A stretch of DNA of 27,875 nucleotides from Archaeoglobaceae archaeon (lineage in GTDB: Archaea; Halobacteriota; Archaeoglobi; Archaeoglobales; Archaeoglobaceae). The notes under the pieces are model-generated. The model had not been told where the DNA came from and made no database searches. It worked only from the letters and a program-made list of their open reading frames with translations. Of the stretch, positions 17,348 through 24,860 are shown piece after piece. The stretch is from NCBI GenBank assembly GCA_027016055.1, contig JALWBF010000088.1, forward strand, positions 1 through 27,875, read 5' to 3'. Both the position numbers and the translations under genes were made by a program. How positions within the stretch are numbered: the first letter of the stretch is position 1; the number at the start of each line of letters is the position of its first letter.

Positions 17348-17578
17348 TCAACCCCCTCCCAACAGTATATCCTCGATTATATAATCCATAGGATTAAACG
17401 GATCCGTTCCGTGCTGGGTTTCGATTATGTTCGGAACACCATCCCCATCTATATCCTCATCTATCGCGTTTGGAATACCATCCTTATCCCTATCACCAAT
17501 TTTTTTCGCAGTCGAAAGCTTAAGACTTCCGATCGTTACAAAGGCTAACAGTAACAGTAAAACCAATAACCACCTCAT
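17348..17578 (-). CDS. 76-aa exported/membrane-anchored protein with TSP3-like DxDxDG Ca-binding repeats
   Basis: Hydrophobic N-terminus, then DRDKDGIPN, DIDGDGVPN and GTDP. GGTGA RBS. Stop 1 nt before the vWA start. Confidence 0.8.
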   Translation of the reverse strand: MRWLLVLLLLLAFVTIGSLKLSTAKKIGDRDKDGIPNAIDEDIDGDGVPNIIETQHGTDPFNPMDYIIEDILLGGG

Positions 17579-17597
17579 GTTATCACCTTTAATGTCC

Positions 17598-17638
17598 TAA
17601 TGATTATTATTTGTCATTATATTACTTAAACCTTTTTG
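17598..17638 (-). promoter_or_regulatory. BRE/TATA promoter of the TSP3-vWA unit, with an inverted repeat at the presumed TSS
   Basis: Minus strand CAAAAAGG-TTTAAGTA (TATA at 17623-17630). TAATGA-n10-TCATTA at 17598-17619. Confidence 0.55.
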
Positions 17639-17941
17639 TTAGGAAAGATATAAAGTAGAATATTTATGAATTTCGTTTTTTATAAAATGTAAACCTCCCA
17701 AAGTAGCCCAACGTCATCACCAATGAAGAGCTTAGCGTTACGGCAATCGTAAGTGCTTAACACACATCAGATAAATTGTAACAAATATTAACAACATTTT
17801 CCGTTCAAATATTAATAAAATCTTAACAAATAATTCAAAAGTATTTAAAAATTGCAATCTTGATGATCTCTAATAAAATTGATTGATGAATATTCAAAAC
17901 ATTTCAAAATTTTTAAATACGTTTATCATTGGACGCAAGGT

Positions 17942-18487
17942 ATGGATTGGGTGTTTATAGAGGATGAACTTGAGTATGACGGTTCCCAATTAAAATCTCT
18001 TTGGGCTTACAGCCTTTTGGGTATTAAAGAGGACAGCATAATTTCCTTCATCGGACCTTGCAATGTTAAACGTGAGCATATGGTTGATTATGAAGATTAT
18101 GTAGCTGGTTATTCTATATATTCGCCAAAAATGTTGCATTTTATAGTCGAGCATTTCGATGAGGTTAGTCTGAGACTGATCTACACGAGACAGAGGCTAT
18201 TAATATCTATCGCGAGGGATACGATAGATCCGGCAATTGAAAGAATTGGAGACGATCTATACTGGAACGGAAAAAAGTTAAGCGTTAGCATAGCTACAAT
18301 TTCGCCGATCTCCGCAAAGATTCATTTTGGGATAAATATAGAGAGTCCCAAGGGTTACGCCTGTCTAAAAGAAATAGGTGTGGATGATGTCAAGGAGCTT
18401 GCAATAGAGATATGCAGAAGATACACTGCGGAAATAATAGATATAGAAGAGGATTTAAGAAAAACAAGACCCATCGAAAGCTTTTAA
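17942..18487 (+). CDS. DUF366 family protein (biotin/lipoate ligase-like fold)
   Basis: YDGSQL..LWAY, HFIVEHF, RQRLL, GDDLY...KKLSVSIA and HFGINI. ATG 17942 preferred over the track start at 17879. Confidence 0.85.
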   Translation: MDWVFIEDELEYDGSQLKSLWAYSLLGIKEDSIISFIGPCNVKREHMVDYEDYVAGYSIYSPKMLHFIVEHFDEVSLRLIYTRQRLLISIARDTIDPAIERIGDDLYWNGKKLSVSIATISPISAKIHFGINIESPKGYACLKEIGVDDVKELAIEICRRYTAEIIDIEEDLRKTRPIESF

Positions 18488-18762
18488 GATGAGGTCTTAG
18501 CCAATATAATTTCGATCGTCGAAACGTTTACTTTCCTTCCCTGCTCCGAATCCAGCTCCTCGGTGTCGATCTTTATGCTCTTCACTGTAACGTTCGGCAG
18601 GAATCTGTTTCTTACGATTTCTGCCACATCTACAGCCCTGCTGATAGCCCTACCTCTTGCTTTAATTGCAACTTCCTCTGCACCTTCATTAAACTGCGTC
18701 AATGTAGCCAATACATAGTTCATTACCGGCTTGTTGCCTACATAGACCACGTGCTCCGTCAT
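18484..18762 (-). CDS. albA: DNA/RNA-binding chromatin protein Alba
   Basis: [28 protein letters not shown] and VSTIEI. GGGTGA RBS before ATG 18762. Confidence 0.97.
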   Translation of the reverse strand: MTEHVVYVGNKPVMNYVLATLTQFNEGAEEVAIKARGRAISRAVDVAEIVRNRFLPNVTVKSIKIDTEELDSEQGRKVNVSTIEIILAKTSS

Positions 18763-18796
18763 GGCAATCACCCAAGGTATGCAAAAAAGTGTTTGC

Positions 18797-18812
18797 TATT
18801 TAAACTTTGCTC
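18797..18812 (-). promoter_or_regulatory. BRE/TATA promoter of alba
   Basis: Minus strand GAGCAAAG-TTTAAATA (TATA at 18797-18804). Confidence 0.65.
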
Positions 18813-18813
18813 A

Positions 18814-19494
18814 CTATGGGAGGTAGCCGAGGTAGTATAGTGTAGAAAGAACGAGCACGATTGCGGTTAAAATTATCGCGACATCTATTATTTTAACTCC
18901 TATTCTCCCCTCTTCCGTGGGAACTCCAGCCAGATGTATCGCCTTCTCAGCTACGTTGAGGTTTTCATCGAGGTATCCCTTCTCAATCAGTTTTTCGATA
19001 GCCTTGGTTATGACTACCTCCGGATAGCCCGTTGCTTTCGATACCCTTCGGATGTTTGCTCCGTATTTAATTATGGATTTCAGAACGTTTATCTCAACAT
19101 CCGAAAGGTATGGTAGCTCCTTAAACTTAGGCTCCAATTTTGCCATCACTTTCTCAGACTTAACTTCGGTAGGCTTCGATTCTTCTCTAACTGTCTTCTC
19201 CTTTTTAACCTCCTTGAATTCAGCCTTTAATTTTTCATCCGAAACGGCTTTCTCAAGTTCGGATACACCGAGGTTCAAGTCTTCTATTTTCCGCTTGATC
19301 CTTTCAAGTCTTTCAATCTGAGCCTGCCTATCTTCCTTGGACTCTTCATCAAGAGTCCTTTTTTTGATAGTTTCACGAACCTGCTTGACGATACTTTCGA
19401 TTCTCTCATCACTACTTTTTCTCTTCTTCACAATAAACGATTCGTCGTCATCGAGTAGAGCGTTCAGTATTTTCTTTTCATCATCCACACTCAT
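18814..19494 (-). CDS. Hypothetical protein: charged coiled-coil N-terminus, winged-helix-like domain, C-terminal TM anchor
   Basis: LSDVEINVL...GYPE...LIEKGYL segment and a terminal hydrophobic helix. TGATG coupling to minD. Confidence 0.8.
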   Translation of the reverse strand: MSVDDEKKILNALLDDDESFIVKKRKSSDERIESIVKQVRETIKKRTLDEESKEDRQAQIERLERIKRKIEDLNLGVSELEKAVSDEKLKAEFKEVKKEKTVREESKPTEVKSEKVMAKLEPKFKELPYLSDVEINVLKSIIKYGANIRRVSKATGYPEVVITKAIEKLIEKGYLDENLNVAEKAIHLAGVPTEEGRIGVKIIDVAIILTAIVLVLSTLYYLGYLP

Positions 19495-20249
19495 CACCAT
19501 CCGAGTATGTATCTCAGCTTACCATAAGGCTTAACCTCGACTTTACTACCGACGATCTTCTTTGCAAGCAGTAGAAAATCCTTAGAAACCTTTGAATCAG
19601 GTTTTTTTATCGTTACGGGCACGCCCTCTTTCCAGCATTCCGTTATGAGCTTGGATTCCCTTATTATACCTATCGTTTCGGCACCTATGGCTTTCTCCGC
19701 ATAGTCGATCATCTTCTTTTCTCCCTTGTATCTGTTCACTATAATACCCCTCACGGCTATGTCAGATATGTCCGCAATCTTCCTAACTTTATGCGCATCC
19801 GAGATTGCTGTCTTTTCCGGATTTATTACGATGCAGATCTTGTCCGAGCTTAGCATCGGAATCATTGCATACTTGCTTAACCCAGCCGCTACATCCAATA
19901 TAATGAAGTCATAATCATGTTTAAGACTTTCGATTATCTCCTTCAATTTTTCCATATCTATCTCCTCGAGCGCTTTCACGGATGTCGAAGCCGGAATGAC
20001 GTCGAGTTTTCCCACGTTCTTTGCTCTAATTCTATATATAGAATCTTCGAGGTAGTTCACGTCTCTTAATGCGTCCAAAAGCGATACTAAGGGATCCTCT
20101 ATTCCGAAGAACGTGTGGAGGTTCGGAAGCGCTATGTCGCAATCGATCACGAGTGTTTTTCCGAATTTGGATAGCATAACCGATAGATTCGCAGCCACGG
20201 TGGTTTTTCCAACTCCACCCTTACCGGAGCATATCGCAATTACTGGCAT
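19494..20249 (-). CDS. minD: MinD/ParA family ATPase (MinD-like)
   Basis: Deviant Walker A GKGGVGKTT, DCDIALPNL, switch II DVAAG, IIVNRY. Confidence 0.9.
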   Translation of the reverse strand: MPVIAICSGKGGVGKTTVAANLSVMLSKFGKTLVIDCDIALPNLHTFFGIEDPLVSLLDALRDVNYLEDSIYRIRAKNVGKLDVIPASTSVKALEEIDMEKLKEIIESLKHDYDFIILDVAAGLSKYAMIPMLSSDKICIVINPEKTAISDAHKVRKIADISDIAVRGIIVNRYKGEKKMIDYAEKAIGAETIGIIRESKLITECWKEGVPVTIKKPDSKVSKDFLLLAKKIVGSKVEVKPYGKLRYILGW

Positions 20250-20273
20250 TTACCCCACCATTGGCTAAATGAT

Positions 20274-20287
20274 AAAATATATATTTT
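20274..20287. promoter_or_regulatory. Perfect 14-bp palindrome AAAATATATATTTT, candidate shared bidirectional TATA
   Basis: The only TATA-like element in the 58-nt gap between divergent ATGs 20249 (-) and 20308 (+). Confidence 0.55.
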
Positions 20288-20307
20288 CTTTCATCATAGT
20301 AAAGTTG

Positions 20308-22176
20308 ATGGCAAAAGTTAACATTGCGATAACGTTGGCTCTGATCACTTTGATCATACTTCCAGCTTCGGCTTTAACTTCTACGGATTTTAACGTTAAA
20401 ATAGTCACGTTCGTTCACGATTATAATAAATACGTAACGAGGTGGAACAACGTCTTCAAGCAGGGTGAAACCCTTAAACTATATTTGGGTGTCGAAAATC
20501 TGAATAAGAACATAGGTGCGGTTGCTATAGATTTCGTAATATTCGTTAAAGATCCAAATAACTACGTAGTTTACAAGAAGGTCGTCAAAGTTAGGAAGCT
20601 CGGATACATCGATCACGTTTATACGGTTGTGGATATCCCCATCGGGAAAAACTGGCTTGACGGCAAATACACGATCGAAGCCTACGCGTTTGACGTTCTG
20701 AATTATACGGCAGTGTTGAAGAGCTATACGAGGTATAACATATTCTCAGCAAAAGGTGGTGGAGAAATAAAAACGATAAATAGAAAGAATGCGCCCTATG
20801 TTAAGAAGGAGATAACGTTTTACGTTAATTCTAATGCCGATACAACACCTCCGAACAGGTTTGTTATCTTCGATTCCCAGTTCGGATCCAGAGTTTTGCC
20901 CGTTAATGTCCCGAACAAGCTTGAAGTTTCGGTTCTGAACAACTTCGACAAAGATGGCGAGATAAAGATCGGGCTGAAGGTTGATGGTATAATTAAAGAG
21001 GTTAAGGTCGTGGACTTGAAGGGTTATGAAGTCAAAAGGGTTGGATTTACGGTTCCTCCGCTTTCTAAGGGAACACATAAGATCGAGATAGTAGCTTTCA
21101 GTAATCACGTCAAGTTCGCCGACACTCCGCCGATATTCATAAAGCCTCTACTTTACGATAAACCCATCCTGCTCGGGAAAGTTTACGATGGATGCATAAT
21201 ATATACTCCGAACAACTACGTGCTCGGTAGCGTGGGTATATCGGAGATAAACAACGTAGATGCAAAGTCCGCTGTAAGCGTGTTTAACGAGAGTGGCTAT
21301 ATTATGAACAGGGAATCCGCCGAAAGGGTTTTCACGAACATATTCGCCTACGCATACGTGAATTACATAAAGACCGGGACGATTACCGTTGCTCTGCTTA
21401 AGGGAAGCGATGAAAGAGCGGAGATAGTTCTCCCGAACTTGCTTGAATATGTAAAGAAAAAGACAAAAGCTCCGGTAGTATACTTGGGTGTCAGAGATTA
21501 TTACCATCTTAGCGATGTTAAAGTTCTGATATACGTTGGAAACGGCGTTCCGAGGCTAAACATGCTTGACAGCTTCTTCAAGAATGGCGGTGTTCTCGTT
21601 ATAGATAACACCGGATACTGGAATGACTTAGCCAGTTCAATCGATGCTCAGGCGTGCTTCATGAAGAACTGGAGCGGTCTGCATTATTCGGATGAACTTT
21701 ACAAGTCTTACTACGATTTCAACGTCAATAAAGTCGTTACCATAACAATCAGGAAACACATACCACCGAGGTTCGTGTATTCTGATTTGAACATCGATAA
21801 GTTCATCACTGATGTCGGATCACCAGTAACGATCTCGTTTAAGGTTAAGAACATCGGCGGAACAGGAAGGGAAAAGGTTGAAGTTAAGGTGAACAATCGA
21901 GTGGTATTCAGCAGAGAGATAGAGCTCAAGAAGGGTGAAGAAAAGACGATTTCGTTCAAATACACACCCATGAGCGAGGGAAGCTACAAGGTTCAGATAG
22001 TCGGAACGGATTTGATTAAGATATTCTTTGCAAAGGGTAAAACTGAAGTTTCCGCCGAAAGGGTAATACCAACTCCAACGCCCGTTAAGGAGAAAAAGAA
22101 GGGTGCAGGGCTTGTTGTAGGTTCAGCGGCGTTATTGGCTGTCTTAGTGATAATTCGAATGCTCATGCGTGAGTAA
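20308..22176 (+). CDS. Large exported protein with Ig-like/CARDB-like domains, PT-rich linker and C-terminal TM anchor
   Basis: Signal peptide MAKVNIAITLALITLIILPASA. CARDB-like ISFKVKNIGGTG...V.VNN segment, then PTPTP, KEKKK and a TM helix. ATG 20308 preferred. Confidence 0.8.
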   Translation: MAKVNIAITLALITLIILPASALTSTDFNVKIVTFVHDYNKYVTRWNNVFKQGETLKLYLGVENLNKNIGAVAIDFVIFVKDPNNYVVYKKVVKVRKLGYIDHVYTVVDIPIGKNWLDGKYTIEAYAFDVLNYTAVLKSYTRYNIFSAKGGGEIKTINRKNAPYVKKEITFYVNSNADTTPPNRFVIFDSQFGSRVLPVNVPNKLEVSVLNNFDKDGEIKIGLKVDGIIKEVKVVDLKGYEVKRVGFTVPPLSKGTHKIEIVAFSNHVKFADTPPIFIKPLLYDKPILLGKVYDGCIIYTPNNYVLGSVGISEINNVDAKSAVSVFNESGYIMNRESAERVFTNIFAYAYVNYIKTGTITVALLKGSDERAEIVLPNLLEYVKKKTKAPVVYLGVRDYYHLSDVKVLIYVGNGVPRLNMLDSFFKNGGVLVIDNTGYWNDLASSIDAQACFMKNWSGLHYSDELYKSYYDFNVNKVVTITIRKHIPPRFVYSDLNIDKFITDVGSPVTISFKVKNIGGTGREKVEVKVNNRVVFSREIELKKGEEKTISFKYTPMSEGSYKVQIVGTDLIKIFFAKGKTEVSAERVIPTPTPVKEKKKGAGLVVGSAALLAVLVIIRMLMRE

Positions 22177-22178
22177 TT

Positions 22179-22487
22179 ATGCTGTCAGATCTCGAAAGGG
22201 ATGTTCTTGAGGCTGTAATTCTGGGGAAAAGGAAAATAGATCAGATTGCGGAATTCTGCGGAATTCCGGAGTTTACAGTGAATGAGATAGTTAAACGATT
22301 GATCGAGAAGGGATATCTATCCGATGAGATAGCCCCAACGGTAAAAGCCTACAGGGATCTGAAGTGGATCGATAGGAAGCATCTTCCGTCTTTTTACGGT
22401 GAAAATTTAACGAGGTTTTTCAAAATAATTCTAGATATTATTATAATTTTAACAATATTATTTTTGATTAAGAGCGCGCTATTTTAG
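22179..22487 (+). CDS. Small winged-helix-like protein with C-terminal TM anchor (paralog of 18814-19494)
   Basis: LSDLERDVL...GIPE...LIEKGYL and a terminal hydrophobic helix. Confidence 0.8.
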   Translation: MLSDLERDVLEAVILGKRKIDQIAEFCGIPEFTVNEIVKRLIEKGYLSDEIAPTVKAYRDLKWIDRKHLPSFYGENLTRFFKIILDIIIILTILFLIKSALF

Positions 22488-22506
22488 GTTGAAAGGCGTG
22501 ATCAAA

Positions 22507-23106
22507 ATGCTTATAGTAATAGAGGGGATCGACGGTTCGGGAAAGACTACGATGGCTAAATTCATAGAGGAAGAGCTTAAAAAGAGAGGATACGATGTGG
22601 TTGTATTTAAGGAGCCGACGAACAGCGAATGGGGAAGAAGGATCAGGAAAGCATTCAAAAATAGAAATTTAAGGCCCGAGGATGAACTCGAATTATTTAT
22701 AAAAGATAGAATTTGGGATGTAAAATATAATATTCTGCCAGCGCTTAAAGCCGGTAAGATCGTAGTGATGGATAGATACTACTATTCAACCATAGCCTAC
22801 CAAGGTGCCTTAGGGATAGATCCGGACTATATAAGGAAGTTGAATGAAAAGATCGCACCGAAACCTGATTTGGTAATAATTCTGGATATAAAACCCGAAA
22901 CGGCCTTGGAAAGAATTAGAATGAGGGGCGACAAACCAAACAGATTCGAAGATCTTGAATACCTGAGAAGGGTTCGGGAAATATTTTTATCTTTAAAAAA
23001 TAAAAATATTATTATAATAGATGCTGAAAGGGACATGGAGGAGGTCAAATCCGATGTTCTCAACGTAGTTCTCAAATACATACGAGGGCAAAATTTATCT
23101 TACTAA
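22507..23106 (+). CDS. tmk: Thymidylate kinase
   Basis: IVIEGIDGSGKTT, KEP, MDRYYYSTIAYQ and PKPDLVIILD. ATG 22507. Confidence 0.96.
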   Translation: MLIVIEGIDGSGKTTMAKFIEEELKKRGYDVVVFKEPTNSEWGRRIRKAFKNRNLRPEDELELFIKDRIWDVKYNILPALKAGKIVVMDRYYYSTIAYQGALGIDPDYIRKLNEKIAPKPDLVIILDIKPETALERIRMRGDKPNRFEDLEYLRRVREIFLSLKNKNIIIIDAERDMEEVKSDVLNVVLKYIRGQNLSY

Positions 23107-23125
23107 ATTTTTAATAATTATCTGA

Positions 23126-23209
23126 GCCGGGGTTGCAGAGCTCGGCACTGCGGGGGACTCGAGATCCCCTGCCCGTAAGGGTTCGTGGGTTCAAATCCCA
23201 CCCCCGGCG
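23126..23209 (+). tRNA. tRNA-Ser (anticodon CGA), intron-less, CCA not encoded
   Basis: Acceptor stem GCCGGGG/CCCCGGC with discriminator G. D stem GCAG/CTGC. Anticodon stem GGGGA/TCCCC with loop CT-CGA-GA. Long variable arm GCCC-GTAA-GGGT. T arm GTGGG-TTCAAAT-CCCAC. Confidence 0.96.
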
Positions 23210-23213
23210 TTTC

Positions 23214-24443
23214 TCATAACAGAAAATCCTCTTTTATAGCTTGGGCAACCTCTATACCCGCTTTTATGCTACCGTTCATGCTTCTCTCCGGATAATTCGG
23301 CGGAGAGGTCATTCCGGCAACGTAAAAACCTTTCAATTTTGTTCTATACGGCGTTATCTTTTTCAAATATCCTTTTTCATATATCGGACCGCTGTATTTA
23401 GCTTTAAAGATCCTGATCCAGTTTACATCCTCCTCACTCAGCCCGAATCTGCTAATTTCCCTAAGATAAAGCTTTCTTAGCTCATCGTTGCTCTTATTGA
23501 AAAGCCATCCGTTCGGAGTGGAATAGCTTGCAAGATATATTATATGTTCCCCGTAATCTTCGAACGGCATGAAATGCGTGTGTTCGATTATAGCTCCGAA
23601 TATATTCGAATCCGCAACGTTCGTCCAATAGAGATCCTCGGTTACGGATTCCTTAGCCCCTATCAAAGCGCAGACAGAACTTTGATACTTAATTTCTTGA
23701 ATTCCAGCCGCTTTTTTGATCTTTTCGTCGAGCGTGGGTAGTGGAGCCGTGTAGACTACGATGTCAAATCTCTCCCCGTTTACCTCAAACCCTTTACCGA
23801 TCTTTTCTATCCTCCTCACTTCTTCCTTCCTTACGTTTAACCCTTCTCTCATCTTCTCTATTAGCCTATGGAATCCGTGCCTTATGTATCCCAGCTCCTC
23901 ACCGCTAAGCTTTCTATTGCTTCTTATGGCAACCCTCGCAAGCAGCCAAGCATAACTTACATTCCCATAGTATTCCCCGAATTTAGCTTTAAGGAGGGGC
24001 ATGAAGAATTTGTTTAGGATGTTCTCCCCAAGCTCTTCTTTAATTCCTTCAATCACACCTCTGTCATCTTCCTTTAAGTAATCCCTCCTCTTGCTTTTCA
24101 GCGTAAACACTGCAAGTTTTATTTTATCTATTAAACTCAGGTGAGGATACTTTAAAATCTCAATTGGAGTGTTCAGAGGATATATTTTCCCGTCGAAGGC
24201 GTATCCTATTCTCGCAATCCGCCAAGTAACCTTGAGACCCAAATTTTTCGCAAGCTCGATCAGCTCTCTATCACTCTTAAAGCAGTGATGATAAAACTTC
24301 TCGATGCAGTAATTTCCCGTGCAGTAGTAAGAAACCAGACCGCCTACATCGTTCTTTTCAAATATAACGACATCGGCATACCCTTCAAGATTTAAGGCGC
24401 AACTCATTCCAGCCAAGCCGGCACCCACTATTGCGACTTTCAT
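23214..24443 (-). CDS. FAD/NAD(P)-dependent oxidoreductase (protoporphyrinogen oxidase/amine oxidase-like family), substrate unknown
   Basis: Rossmann VAIVGAGLAG, EKFYHH and C-terminal YPERSMNGSI..G. Confidence 0.85.
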   Translation of the reverse strand: MKVAIVGAGLAGMSCALNLEGYADVVIFEKNDVGGLVSYYCTGNYCIEKFYHHCFKSDRELIELAKNLGLKVTWRIARIGYAFDGKIYPLNTPIEILKYPHLSLIDKIKLAVFTLKSKRRDYLKEDDRGVIEGIKEELGENILNKFFMPLLKAKFGEYYGNVSYAWLLARVAIRSNRKLSGEELGYIRHGFHRLIEKMREGLNVRKEEVRRIEKIGKGFEVNGERFDIVVYTAPLPTLDEKIKKAAGIQEIKYQSSVCALIGAKESVTEDLYWTNVADSNIFGAIIEHTHFMPFEDYGEHIIYLASYSTPNGWLFNKSNDELRKLYLREISRFGLSEEDVNWIRIFKAKYSGPIYEKGYLKKITPYRTKLKGFYVAGMTSPPNYPERSMNGSIKAGIEVAQAIKEDFLL

Positions 24444-24500
24444 CCACCGACACTAAACCCGAGATTTTAAAATGATCTGCCATTCATGAATTTAGGATAA

Positions 24501-24535
24501 CCGAAAAATTCAAATACTTTTGAATATATATTCAA
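24501..24535 (+). promoter_or_regulatory. Promoter with overlapping palindromic operator (TTGAATATATATTCAA plus a third ATTCAA half-site)
   Basis: Perfect 16-bp palindrome at 24520-24535 and ATTCAAA-n4-TTTGAAT at 24508-24525. BRE-like CCGAAAAA at 24501. GTG start at 24540. Confidence 0.7.
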
Positions 24536-24539
24536 TATC

Positions 24540-24860
24540 GTGTGGGGGTATGGAAGAGGAATGGGTAGGAGAAGAATGCAGAGAAGAAGGATGAGGTGCA
24601 GAAGAGGTAGGAGATGGCTCGGATTCCAGTTACCTTCCATAAGGCTTCCGATAAGACTTCCAAGCATCAGGAGAGCCGAAGAAGATGAAAAGGTTCGGCA
24701 GATATACGAGCTACTTCCAAAAAGAGATTGCGGAGCCTGCGGATATGAAAGCTGTTACGAATGCGCTCTTGCCATAGCGAGCGGTGAAGCGCCGACTGAT
24801 GCTTGCAGAATAGTCGGAAAGAAAATTGCTCCCGAAGTTGAAAGGATATTGAGGAGGTGA
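24540..24860 (+). CDS. Small Fe-S cluster domain protein (RnfB N-terminal/PF04060-like) with Arg/Gly-rich N-terminus
   Basis: LLPKRDCGACGYESC...A.AI..G......C motif. Confidence 0.8.
   Translation: MWGYGRGMGRRRMQRRRMRCRRGRRWLGFQLPSIRLPIRLPSIRRAEEDEKVRQIYELLPKRDCGACGYESCYECALAIASGEAPTDACRIVGKKIAPEVERILRR

Noticed and set aside
17348-17359. C-terminal GGG of the microprotein as a ubiquitin/SAMP-like diglycine
   Set aside because: The Gly codons double as the RBS of the next gene. The protein is exported and has no beta-grasp features.
17738-17797. 19-codon hydrophobic ORF on the minus strand (MLLIFVTIYLMCVKHLRLP)
   Set aside because: Too short, no RBS, and expected by chance in AT-rich DNA.
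23126-23214. tRNA-Ser 3' end as a possible integration (att) site, with a gene ending 4 nt away
   Set aside because: I saw no duplicate of the tRNA 3' end and no integrase in the window, and the flanking genes look native in composition.
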